Shown: one piece after another, positions 1 through 9,700 of the stretch
Layout: each line of letters opens with the position of its first letter
Numbering within the stretch: the first letter of the stretch is position 1
NCBI GenBank assembly: GCA_040225955.1
Contig: JBECUL010000044.1
Span: 1-17,404, forward strand
Length of the DNA: 17,404 bases
Direction of reading: 5' to 3'
Source: Candidatus Asgardarchaeum abyssi
GTDB lineage: Archaea; Asgardarchaeota; Asgardarchaeia; Asgardarchaeales; Asgardarchaeaceae
Notes under the pieces: model-generated
Databases searched by the model: none
Seen by the model: the letters and a program-made list of their open reading frames with translations, nothing else
Told to the model about the DNA's origin: nothing
Position numbers and translations under genes: made by a program

Positions 1-111
1 CGTATTTTCCCAGATCTCGTCAACTGCCCACTGCAGCACTCGCTGATACTCTCTAAGTAGCTCTTCAACGTCCCACCCGTGTGTCATCTTGTAGGCTAGG
101 ACGATTTTCAT
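1..111 (-). CDS. tnpB: TnpB (IS607 OrfB, RNA-guided nuclease family), N-terminal 37 codons, truncated by the window
   Basis: Not in the ORF track. ATG at 111-109 overlaps the tnpA TGA (110-108) and reads [37 protein letters not shown], open to the edge. Position and sequence fit archaeal TnpB N-termini; the RuvC domain is not visible. Confidence 0.75.
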   Translation of the reverse strand, partial: MKIVLAYKMTHGWDVEELLREYQRVLQWAVDEIWENT

Positions 112-734
112 ACCTCAATCTCCTCGATGAGCTTCTTTACTCCTTCTCTGAGCTTTTTGTATTTATGGGAATGCATGCCGTAGAGCTTTCCTGCGAAGTG
201 ACTTACGATAGTTATTAGGTCTTCAATTAGCTCCTCTCTCAGTGTCTTATCTTTCTCGTTGATTACGATTATTTCTGCACCATGCTGCTTAAAGAAGAAC
301 TCTAGGGTATTGAATCCGAATCTGGTGAGTCTATCTGGGTGGGTAACGATAACTTTGCCGACTTCACCTTTCGCAATAAGTTCAAGAAGCTTGCGGTAAT
401 TTTTCCGATTCTCATTGAGTCCTGATCCGGTATCCTTGAGGATTTTAATTTGCCAACCTCGTTCTTTTGCGTATTCCTTGATTGCTTCGATTTGTCTCTC
501 CAAATCGTCCTTCTGGGTATTGCTGTAGACTCTTGCGTAGCCTATAACCTGGCCATTTTTGGTAATTTCGCCGAGAATCCGCTTTTTTTCGCTTCCTGGT
601 ATTCTTCTTCTGCCTCCCGGTGTTCTAACGACTCGGATTTTCCCTTCTCTATCCCACCGTTGAATTGTTTTTGGGTGGGCTCCGAGTATTTCACTTGCCT
701 GCTTGAGCGTATAAAGTTTTTCTTTTACGACCAT
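108..734 (-). CDS. tnpA: IS607-family transposase TnpA (MerR-type HTH plus serine recombinase), probably catalytically inactive
   Basis: [38 protein letters not shown]; resolvase motifs GYARV(Y)[40 protein letters not shown]. Start placed at ATG 734 (MVVKEK) rather than 752 because a TATA-like box lies at 760-765. Confidence 0.93.
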   Translation of the reverse strand: MVVKEKLYTLKQASEILGAHPKTIQRWDREGKIRVVRTPGGRRRIPGSEKKRILGEITKNGQVIGYARVYSNTQKDDLERQIEAIKEYAKERGWQIKILKDTGSGLNENRKNYRKLLELIAKGEVGKVIVTHPDRLTRFGFNTLEFFFKQHGAEIIVINEKDKTLREELIEDLITIVSHFAGKLYGMHSHKYKKLREGVKKLIEEIEV

Positions 735-757
735 ATGCTCATATTTATCCATAAAAA

Positions 758-773
758 CATTTAAAGATTTTCA
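758..773 (-). promoter_or_regulatory. Putative BRE/TATA promoter of tnpA
   Basis: Minus strand reads GAAAATC-TTTAAATG, with TTTAAA 26-31 nt upstream of ATG 734, the spacing expected for a leaderless or near-leaderless archaeal transcript. Confidence 0.45.
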
Positions 774-846
774 TCAAAAAGAACAGTTTCTTTAGGCGAT
801 GGAAAACATAATTCTATTCTTCTTTTTATAATTAATTTTGGGCTAA

Positions 847-892
847 TATAATAGCAAAAAACTAATATATATTGAATATTATAATAGCAAAA
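847..892 (+). repeat. 13-bp direct repeat TATAATAGCAAAA x2 (847-859, 880-892)
   Basis: Two exact copies with a 33-bp period just upstream of the ATPase; CTAATATA also occurs at 843-850 and 862-869. Confidence 0.7.
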
Positions 893-904
893 TGGTGCAA
901 AAAT

Positions 905-2275
905 TTGACATCTAATAGTGAACTTTTAATTTCATATTTAAAAAGAGTAAATTACTGGTGGGAAACAGGTAAGATTTCAGATGAGGATAAAGGAAAACCT
1001 CGAGACGAATATATCGAACAAATATTTAAGTATCTAAAGGTAAATCGTATAATCTGTTTAACTGGGATTCGCAGGTCTGGAAAAACGACATTACTTTATC
1101 AAATTATAGATCGCCTTATTAACAATGGAGTAGACCCTCTTAAAATTGTTTATCTAAAGATGGATGATATCATTGGTATTTTAACAAATTTAAGAGAGTT
1201 AGAAGACATATATATGGAGCTGTTTGGGATAGATATAAAGACCAATCAAATATATTTTCTCATTGATGAAATACATGTAATGAAAGATTGGCAGCGCCAA
1301 ATAAAGTACTTCATAGATTTTAAGTATAAATCTAAGTTCATAGTTAGTGGATCATCAAGGACTCTTCTCTTCAGAGAAGCCTCAGAGAGTTTAGTTGGAC
1401 GTATAATATTCATTAATGTTTTTCCTTTATCATTTAAGGAGTTCATTGCTTTTTATGGCATAAAATTATCAGTTCCAAAAATTAATCTGAGAAGATTAGA
1501 ATTCGAAAAAATCAGAAGAATCTATCTTCAGTTGATTGACAAAAAACCAATTATTCAAAATAAACTCAACGAATATATCGAAGTCGGTGGTTTTCCAGAA
1601 TGGTTTAAAATAAGGAATAAAATACTCTGGTACCGTCTTTTGTCAGATGATTATTTCACACTGACGATTGCAAAAGATATTTTACTAATATTTAATCCGA
1701 GAGACCCAATTCTACTAAATAGATTGGCTAGGGAGATCGCTAAACTAACAACTGAAAGGTTTTCTTATTTGGGGCTAGCAAATAAGTTTGATACGAGTAA
1801 GGATACCATTAGGCAATATATCTATTATTTATCATCCTCAATGTTAATTTTTATTGCTGAAAAGTACACCAAAAAGGGCTTATCACAAGAAAGATCTCCT
1901 AAAAAGATATACTTTTGGGAAGAGGGTCTTAGACGAGCGATAACTCTGGATCAGTCTATTGGCAAAAGTGTAGAAAATATAGTTGTATGGCATTTGATCA
2001 AACTTGGCGCATCAATAGATCCTACCTTTATCCCGTTTTATTGGAAAAATAAGTATGAAGTTGATTTCATATTTGCAGTAGATGATGTTCTAGTTCCTAT
2101 AGAAGTGAAATATAGGGGACATGTTACTATACCTAAAGGCTTTATTGAATTGAGTAGAAAAAAAATTCTTTTCGATAAAGCAATTGTTGTGACAAAGGAC
2201 ACGCTTGATTGTAAAAGATACGAAACCTTCGAAGTATTTTTTATACCACTCTGGTTGTTTTTATTAATATTATGA
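905..2275 (+). CDS. AAA+ ATPase, AAA_14 plus DUF4143 (COG1373-like)
   Basis: N-terminal NYWW; Walker A GIRRSGKT; Walker B FLIDEIH; VSGSS; ESLVGR; PLSFKEF; GGFPE; SPKKIY; C-terminal YEVDFI..PIEVK. In-frame TTG at 905, preceded by GGTG at 894-897, preferred over 872. Confidence 0.92.
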   Translation: MTSNSELLISYLKRVNYWWETGKISDEDKGKPRDEYIEQIFKYLKVNRIICLTGIRRSGKTTLLYQIIDRLINNGVDPLKIVYLKMDDIIGILTNLRELEDIYMELFGIDIKTNQIYFLIDEIHVMKDWQRQIKYFIDFKYKSKFIVSGSSRTLLFREASESLVGRIIFINVFPLSFKEFIAFYGIKLSVPKINLRRLEFEKIRRIYLQLIDKKPIIQNKLNEYIEVGGFPEWFKIRNKILWYRLLSDDYFTLTIAKDILLIFNPRDPILLNRLAREIAKLTTERFSYLGLANKFDTSKDTIRQYIYYLSSSMLIFIAEKYTKKGLSQERSPKKIYFWEEGLRRAITLDQSIGKSVENIVVWHLIKLGASIDPTFIPFYWKNKYEVDFIFAVDDVLVPIEVKYRGHVTIPKGFIELSRKKILFDKAIVVTKDTLDCKRYETFEVFFIPLWLFLLIL

Positions 2276-2333
2276 CACATTTACTAACATACTTTTCATC
2301 GAAAGAAATAATAGCTTATCTATAGAAACCAGT

Positions 2334-3683
2334 ATGAGAACAATGTATGATGTAATTATAATTGGAGTTAGTGAAATTTGGACAAAATCGGAAAAAGTTA
2401 GAAAGCTTCTAATTAGACGGTTAGTGAATAATATAAAAAGAAGAATATCTGATGCAAGAATCGAAATAAGACGAGGTCGTTTAATTGTTAGACCTTATAA
2501 AGAAGAATATATCGACGCCTTAAGAAAAACATTTGGTGTAAAATATTGTGCTCCTGCATGGGTTATACCAACAGACTATGAGAAAATAAAAAATAAGCTT
2601 TTTGAACTTGTTAAAGATAAGAGTGGGAAGTTTAAAATAACTGTTAATCGTGTTTGGAAGGAATTTTCGCTTACCTCAATTGAATTGGGCAGAAAACTAG
2701 CTAATGAAATTAAATTGAATTTCGAAACTCTTAATCCAGAATTAAAAAGTCCAGATTTTGAAATTTTCATAGAGCTACATAAAGATGTCACTTTTATATT
2801 CGATAAGAAAATAAATGCATATGATGGTTATCCAGTGGGTAGTGAAGGAAAGGCATTAGCGTTATTTTCTGGGGGTATAGACTCTCCTGTTGCTGCTTGG
2901 TTTGCTGCAAAGAGAGGTATTGCTGTTGACCTTCTTTTCCTAAACTTAGCTGGGCCGGTGCATGAGGCTCTTGTCTATAAGGTTTATGAAAAATTAAGAG
3001 AGTGGATACCAACTGCAAAACTTTATGTCATTGAAGCTATCAATCTGATAGAGAAAATAGTGATGAATGTACGTTCTGGATATAGACAAATAGTCTACAA
3101 GGTCTTTCTCTATAAAATTGCTGAGAAGGTAGCTGAAAAGCTTAATATTAAAGTTCTAATTACTGGTGAGTCACTAGGACAAGTATCAACACAAACATTA
3201 GATAGCTTGGTACTGTTAGAAGAGTTTGCTAAAATCCCTATTCTAAGGCCACTTATCGCTCTAAATAAAGATGAAATTAAGGAATATGCAAGAGAAATAG
3301 GAACACTGGACTTTTCAGAAAGGGTCCCTGAGGTATGTATGTTAGAAAAGCATTCAACAGCATCTCCACGAAAGGAAATTTTACTTGAGGAATTAGAAAA
3401 AGTGCATATTGATATAGATGAGCTTGTCAATTCTTTAAGAGAAGCGAAAGTGCAACACGAAGAGGACATATCATACCTAATCCCACGAAATATTCCTAAG
3501 GACAAGCTTCATATAGTTGATCTCGAAAAATCATTCATAGAAGACGATATATGTGGTAAAAAAGTCCTTTTCCTCTGTCCATCTGGTATTACGGCATATT
3601 ACTTCGCCAAGAAATATCGCGAAAAGGGAATAGAAGCCTATTTCCTTGATTATAAAACTGCCAAAAGATTAGGATATATTTAA
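2334..3683 (+). CDS. thiI: tRNA 4-thiouridine synthase ThiI (THUMP, PP-loop, short rhodanese-like C-terminus)
   Basis: SEIWTKS N-terminal motif, THUMP region, GYPVGSEGKALALFSGGIDSPVA PP-loop, TGESLGQVSTQT, ILRPLI..NKDEI..AREIGT, PEVC, and C-terminal VLFLCPSG. Confidence 0.93.
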   Translation: MRTMYDVIIIGVSEIWTKSEKVRKLLIRRLVNNIKRRISDARIEIRRGRLIVRPYKEEYIDALRKTFGVKYCAPAWVIPTDYEKIKNKLFELVKDKSGKFKITVNRVWKEFSLTSIELGRKLANEIKLNFETLNPELKSPDFEIFIELHKDVTFIFDKKINAYDGYPVGSEGKALALFSGGIDSPVAAWFAAKRGIAVDLLFLNLAGPVHEALVYKVYEKLREWIPTAKLYVIEAINLIEKIVMNVRSGYRQIVYKVFLYKIAEKVAEKLNIKVLITGESLGQVSTQTLDSLVLLEEFAKIPILRPLIALNKDEIKEYAREIGTLDFSERVPEVCMLEKHSTASPRKEILLEELEKVHIDIDELVNSLREAKVQHEEDISYLIPRNIPKDKLHIVDLEKSFIEDDICGKKVLFLCPSGITAYYFAKKYREKGIEAYFLDYKTAKRLGYI

Positions 3684-3807
3684 TATGCCAAGTTATGAAC
3701 ATCTAATGAATGAAAATTGATGAAAAAAACATATAAATAACACAAACTGCATATACGTATTTAACATATAAGTGGTAATAGAATAGCTTGAATTAGGAGT
3801 TAGCATC

Positions 3808-4445
3808 ATGAAAAAGGGCTTAATAGTTGGTGTGATTCTCCTAATTTTGGCTGGATTTGCCGTCTTTTACTTTTTCATGATGCCTAAAGAGCTCATTGTG
3901 CAAATAGAAAACCCACTTGATGATGGAGCTGTTTACGTATTAACAGAGTATGGGCCATCAGCAGGATATACATGGGGCAATGGATCAGGAGTACTAGTAG
4001 GGCATTCAAAAGGTGGGACACATAATGTTACAAGCCGAGCTCTTTATCGCTTTAACATAGCTGAATGGCAGGGTGGAGATATAACTTTACATTTGTATTG
4101 TATTTCAATTACTGGAAGTCCGGGGAAAATTGAGATATACGTCATTTCTGATTTTGGAAGACTCCTGAGAATCAAACTGGTTCACCTCATGACGTCTCTG
4201 AAGTTTGAAATAAGTACCAAACAGGTCAGAAAGTAGCCGAGTTAACACCAGAGTCGGAATCATGGTTCGAAGTGGTAATCTCTGCCGATGTGATATCCTC
4301 TTACATTTCTGATGATGGCTTTATAGCGTTTATGGTAAAGCTGCAAGATGAAAGCATTGAACCAGGTAATTTCTATGGACTATTGACATCAGAATATGCC
4401 TCAGAGAGCAACATGGATCCTCCATATCTCTCGTGGAAAGAATAA
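3808..4445 (+). pseudogene. Disrupted membrane-anchored or secreted DNRLRE/CBM96-like domain protein (frameshift near 4163, TGA at 4206-4208)
   Basis: N-terminal signal/anchor MKKGLIVGVILLILAGFAVFYFF, then SRALYRFNI..ITLHLYC. A shifted frame from 4164 continues PENQTGSPHDVSEV*NKYQTGQKVAELTPESESWFEVVIS..GFIAFMVKLQDE..LTSEYASESNMDPPYLSWKE to TAA 4443-4445, followed by a T-tract. Domain identity is by resemblance only. Confidence 0.75.
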
Positions 4446-4468
4446 TCTTTTTCTTTCTTTTATTTTTT
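4446..4468 (+). terminator. Oligo-T archaeal-type terminator
   Basis: T-rich pyrimidine tract immediately after TAA 4445, between convergent genes. Confidence 0.5.
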
Positions 4469-4515
4469 GCAAGTACCCACTAATCTATATTTATTATGCT
4501 ATAATTTTATTTTTA

Positions 4516-5670
4516 TTAAAGAAATAAATCACAATCTGGGCAGATTTGTCTCAAAAGTTGAGTATCATTTATAACCTTAGAAAGCATAGCGAAATGCTCT
4601 TTAAGCTTTTCTCTAATTCTTCTAATTTTAAACGAAGTTAAGAATGAATTGTCAAAAAGCACTATATTTTCTTTTATTGAAGTCTGTTGAGATTTTAGTT
4701 CATAAATTGTTTTCCTCCATAACACTTTACTGAGATAATGGACTCCACAACACGAATCTGCGGTATGATATCTAAAAAATCCTTCACGACAAGTAGAAAA
4801 ATTAATATTATGAGTCCTTAGTATGTCATGAATTTCCTTAAAAATGGCTCTTCTAATATCAACTTTAGCTCTTTTCTGAATAGTCTCTGGTATGTCTTCC
4901 CAAATATTTGAATCTAAAAGCTTATTTGGTTTCTCACCACGTAGCCTTAAGATTTCTGTAAAAGGTAATATTTCATGATCATACCGATATCTGAGAAACT
5001 CGGAAATAACTTGCTTTATACCAATTCTCTTGGCAATGTTTGCAAATTTTTCTACATATTTTACGCTTGTATTAACATATGGAACTAGTGGTTGAAATCT
5101 AAAAATTACTGGTATTTCTTTTTCCGCAAGGGCTTTTGCAACACTTAATCTCTCACTTGGAGGTGGTGCTAAAGGTTCAATAATTCTTGCTTCATCATCA
5201 TCCAATAGAACTATTGTTATTTGAACGATTATTAATCCCCTCTTATTTAATTCGTTAATTAGAGAAATCCAAGGTTCATCGACTAGCAAGGTTCCCTTTG
5301 TATTAAGGATTATTGGAACTTCATATTTCTTTGCGATTTTAAGTATTTCTAAGGAGAGCCTGTATTTCTTCTCAATTGGTTGAAAAGGATCCGATAGCGT
5401 TGAAAGTCTGAATGCTGGCAACACTCCATTTAGTGTTCTTCTTAATATTGACACAAGTCTCTTGAAGAGTGATGGATAATTCTTCCTTACAACTATTACG
5501 TCTTTTTCTGTTGGAGCCCTAGCGTAGCAATAGCGACATTGAAACATGCAATTTTTATATGGCTCAAGTCTAAAGATAGAATTGCATAAAGTACTCATAA
5601 CTGGGGATGCCCTAATTATCACATCCTCGCAGAATTCTCTCCATTTTATTGTTTTTTCGGTGATTCTCAT
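4516..5670 (-). CDS. Radical SAM protein, spore-photoproduct-lyase (SplB)-like family
   Basis: RLEPYKNCMFQCRYCYAR (CxxxCxYC), STLSDPFQPIEKKY, ILNTKG, IEPLAPPPSERL, RFQPLVP, and C-terminal TCRE..SCCG. Confidence 0.9.
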   Translation of the reverse strand: MRITEKTIKWREFCEDVIIRASPVMSTLCNSIFRLEPYKNCMFQCRYCYARAPTEKDVIVVRKNYPSLFKRLVSILRRTLNGVLPAFRLSTLSDPFQPIEKKYRLSLEILKIAKKYEVPIILNTKGTLLVDEPWISLINELNKRGLIIVQITIVLLDDDEARIIEPLAPPPSERLSVAKALAEKEIPVIFRFQPLVPYVNTSVKYVEKFANIAKRIGIKQVISEFLRYRYDHEILPFTEILRLRGEKPNKLLDSNIWEDIPETIQKRAKVDIRRAIFKEIHDILRTHNINFSTCREGFFRYHTADSCCGVHYLSKVLWRKTIYELKSQQTSIKENIVLFDNSFLTSFKIRRIREKLKEHFAMLSKVINDTQLLRQICPDCDLFL

Positions 5671-5857
5671 ATGACCACAGCTATGTCTTCTTTATATAAG
5701 TTAAATAACATTCATCAGCATATATATCAAAATTGTTTTTCATTAAATTTACTGATAGAAAATTTAATTTAGAGAAGAAACGATATCATTTCTAGAACTT
5801 TCTATACTTTTTTCAAAGTTGAAGTGAAATATTATATATCTCAGGGTGATAAGCGAT

Positions 5858-6577
5858 ATGGATGATGCAGATTATGTCTTCATGGGGTTAATTAGTGCAG
5901 CACTCGCAGGATTATACTTTTTCCAAGAGTCAATTTTATGGTTGAGTGACCAATTCTTCTACTGGATGATTGATTTTGCATCCACATATGGTTATCTTGG
6001 GGCTTTTATAATTAGTATTTTTGGAAATTTTACAATAATTTTTCCAGTTCCATACAGCTTGGCAATATTTCTTCTTGGAGCAAGTCATCAAGTTGATCCT
6101 CTCATTCTCGGTCTAATATCTGGTCTTGGAGCTCAAATTGGAGAAATGTCTGCATATCTACTAGGGAGAGGTGTTAGCATAGCAGAGCTTGAAGAAAAAT
6201 ACGGAGATAAGTTTAAAAAGGTAAACAAAATGGTCGAAAATTATGGGTTTTGGACTATCATGATTTTTGCTGCAACACCATTACCAGACGATTTAGTGCT
6301 CATTCCAGCTGGGATAATAGGATATGATCTAAAAAAGACTATTATTGCTTGCTTAATAGGAAAGGTAATATTAACCACATTTTTAGCGTATGCGGGATAT
6401 TACAGCATGGAAATTGTTGCTCAATTCTTTAGTGAAAGCGGATCTCTTGGAATGTTCATAAGCCTCATAGGAATCATAGTAATATCCTATTTGCTCATAA
6501 AGGTTGATTGGATTAAAGTAATGGAAAGATTGGAACAAATGAGGCAGAATATTATCGGAAAAGTAGTAAAAAGCTAA
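5858..6577 (+). CDS. DedA/VTT (SNARE-associated) family membrane protein
   Basis: YGYLGAFIIS..IFPVPY, GLGAQIGEMSAYLLGRG, YGFWTIMIFAATPLPDDLVLIPAGIIGY, LIGK. GGTGAT at 5845-5850 favours ATG 5858 as start. Confidence 0.9.
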   Translation: MDDADYVFMGLISAALAGLYFFQESILWLSDQFFYWMIDFASTYGYLGAFIISIFGNFTIIFPVPYSLAIFLLGASHQVDPLILGLISGLGAQIGEMSAYLLGRGVSIAELEEKYGDKFKKVNKMVENYGFWTIMIFAATPLPDDLVLIPAGIIGYDLKKTIIACLIGKVILTTFLAYAGYYSMEIVAQFFSESGSLGMFISLIGIIVISYLLIKVDWIKVMERLEQMRQNIIGKVVKS

Positions 6578-6714
6578 TCTAATTTTATTATTTTTTAGAA
6601 TCTATGCCATAAACATGTAAAACTCATAGAAATGTTCATATATTTTATCTTCTCATCATTATATAATGTTGTACTAATTATAAGATTTCTTTTAACGGCA
6701 TTGTGGGGTTGCTT

Positions 6715-9700
6715 ATGAAAGTAAAAGTAGCTTTATTATCAGCTATATTTTTAATACTTCTAATAGCACCGCTAGCAACAAATTCTTGGCTTTTTACAAG
6801 CGTAAAAACTCCTTCAGATAGCTTATTTCAAAGCTCAGTCGAGAAAGAGGAGGATCATGCAACACCGAGTATTCATACGAATCAAGACGAATTTGAAAAC
6901 TTAACAGCAATTAAAATAAAGTATCCATATTCATATGCTTTCAGCTATACAACTTTGGGGAACTTCAAAGATGGTGCTGAACTAGAAGTCGCTGGAATTA
7001 AATCAGAGTATGGCTATGTTTGCTTTTTCGACATCGCAACAAAAACGATTTTTGCTATTAATAATGATACTAAAGGTGATCGATTTATAAATGGAATCGC
7101 TATAGCAACTGCAAATCTCGATTCAGACGATTACGATGAAGTATTTTATATGAATGTCTCAGGTTATATTTTTCTAATAGATAATAATGCCACCACACTT
7201 AAAATGTTAAGATTGCAGTTATCTGATAAAATTGGAGAGGTTTACCGATTAATAATTACTGACTTAAACCTTGACAATTATGATGATATAGTAGTGTATG
7301 GAAGGACATATAGTGAGGATTTTGTAGCAGCTATTAATGGGGATTCTCAAAGCTTTCTTTTCAATTTTACGATGTCTCAGTATGCTATTCGTGGAGTTAC
7401 TGTAGGTAACTTTGATAATAGCCCAGGATTAGAAATTGCTATCGCTTATAATAACAATACAGTTGCTATATATACGCCTTCACTATCATTAATTCGAAGA
7501 GCAAACGTTTTAGAATCAATATATTCTCTTTATACGATTAGCAATTCCTCATGGCATTATGATGCGTTAATTTTATTATGCTTAGATGTTGCAGGCAGTA
7601 TTAAAATATATAATGCCACTACGCTTACAAATATGGGCTATCAAGCAAATATAGGTTCTTGTACACCAGAAATTGCTGTAACTGGCGATTTTGATGCAGA
7701 TTCATCCACAGAAATTGCAATTACTACATGGACTACTGGAGAGGCGGGCCTTGTAATTTTTGATCTGAACACAAATAACATTACAAAAGCAATGATACTC
7801 TTTAATGTACCTATAATTGCTATAAATTCGGGGAAAATCACAGCCGATGATACTGACGACTTAGTAGTTTCATCATCGGAAGAATCATATGTATTTAAGG
7901 GTGTACGTAGTCAAAAAGCAAATATAGCTTTCCTGAGAAAGATTGATGAGCCAACGTATATCCATAAAGTTTCTATAGCTCAGTATGATACAGGTCTAAT
8001 GGATGTATTTATTCATACAACTAAATACTTGTATATTTATAGATCAGATTCAAAACCACCACGTGTTTATGATGTGAGAACATATCCTATTAGACCGACA
8101 GTCGAGGATAGTTTCTTTTATGTATCTGCGTTAGTGATGGATGAAAGTGAATTTAGTGATCCCTTGTTGACCTACAACTTTACATCACTCGATGGCACGC
8201 TTATATACACAAATATGAAGAAAACCATGGCACCAGAGTCACATGCAAGCAACACCTATTTAGCATACTTCTTCGATTTATCTCCGGGGGTTTATACGTT
8301 CAAAATCAAAGTTGTTGATGGTTATGATAACATAGCAGTTTTTGACAATAATGGGTCGATGTATAGTGTTACGATTTATAGCAAGCGAATATTCAAACAC
8401 AAGCTTCAAAATGATTTTATTCGATCAGCACATCCAATCGATGTTGGAGAAATAGATGGACAATCTTTCTCTGAGGTGGCTGTAGCATTAAATGAGAATA
8501 TAACAATTGTCTGGGGTAATAATTCCATATCAGCACCCATTACATATGCGAATGCTGATTACGCACAAGTCTACTTAGAAGACATAGATGGTGTCCCTGG
8601 TGATGATATAATTCTCTATTGTTACAATACATCAATTTCAGCATATCAGATTAAAGTTTTTTCTGGTTCCACATTTAGTCTGATTCTTAAACGTACATAT
8701 TTATCTGAAATAAGTAAATTCGCATTTGGCGACATTGATAGCGATGGCATAAATGAGATTATTTTAGTTGAGAATATCAACTCAACAACGAATAGACTTA
8801 TTGCAATTGATATACTAACAAATACCACTATTATCGAGTATTATGTCCCGCAAGTCTTTTGCCTTGGTGTCTATAATGTAACCTTAGATTCATATATGGA
8901 TATTGCAATCCTTACTGTTGGTCAAAATAGTCTGAGCTTCAATTTGACAGTGTTTGCTGGTGAAAATAATCTTAAGCAACTTTATTCATACAACTCATCG
9001 GTGAATTATGCGATTTATGAAGCTTATTTGTTTATGGATACTTTTGTCACTTCCAACTATTCTCAATTTGTTATAGCGATCGGAGCAGGTACTGGCCTAG
9101 TGTATATTATTAATGCAACGAATGGAGTTTATATTTCAGGAAGTACTCTTACTTATCTGACTGGTTTAGCAGTTGTTGACTGTAATTATGATGGTCTCAA
9201 AGAATTATCATTTTTGCTATATGATAATACATTGATGGTGGTTGATATTGCTCGAAATATGACTTTACTAACTAAAAAAACGTTACTGCCAAGCACCCCT
9301 CTTGCAGTTTTTTGGACAAACTTTGATGAAGACTCCTATGAAGACCTAGTATACGTTTTGCCAGATTCTATTGCTATTTATTCCTTAATTAATGACCGTT
9401 ATGAAATTGTACCTTTCCCATTTAGAGTGATAGTTGCCTCAGCAGTTGGTGACTTCTTTGAACTGCCAAGTAATGATATATGCATTTTATCAGAAGACAG
9501 TGTACTTGAAAAATACATTAATATTAATATGTTTTACAGAGCTAACGTTAGCGTAACTATTAGCAGTTCTACAGTTGTTCAGGGTGGATCTATTGATGTT
9601 AAAGTCTATGTAGAAAATGTTTTTAACGATCCAATAACTGAAAGTGATATAACAGCATTTCTGATTTTTAATGATACCATTTTGCAGTCTTCTAGCTTTA

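Larger units (their letters stand above)
1..790 (-). mobile_element. IS607-family insertion sequence, left part (tnpA plus start of tnpB); runs off the window edge
   Basis: MerR-HTH/serine-recombinase tnpA coupled by an ATGA overlap to a TnpB-like ORF. Visibly more GC-rich than the flank (30 of the first 60 bases are G/C). The boundary near 790 is only an estimate from composition and promoter position. Confidence 0.85.

Noticed and set aside
4206-4208. TGA as selenocysteine or Trp recoding
   Set aside because: TGA serves as a normal stop elsewhere (tnpA, ATPase, giant gene, vapB), the context suggests TGG>TGA, and the gene also has a frameshift.
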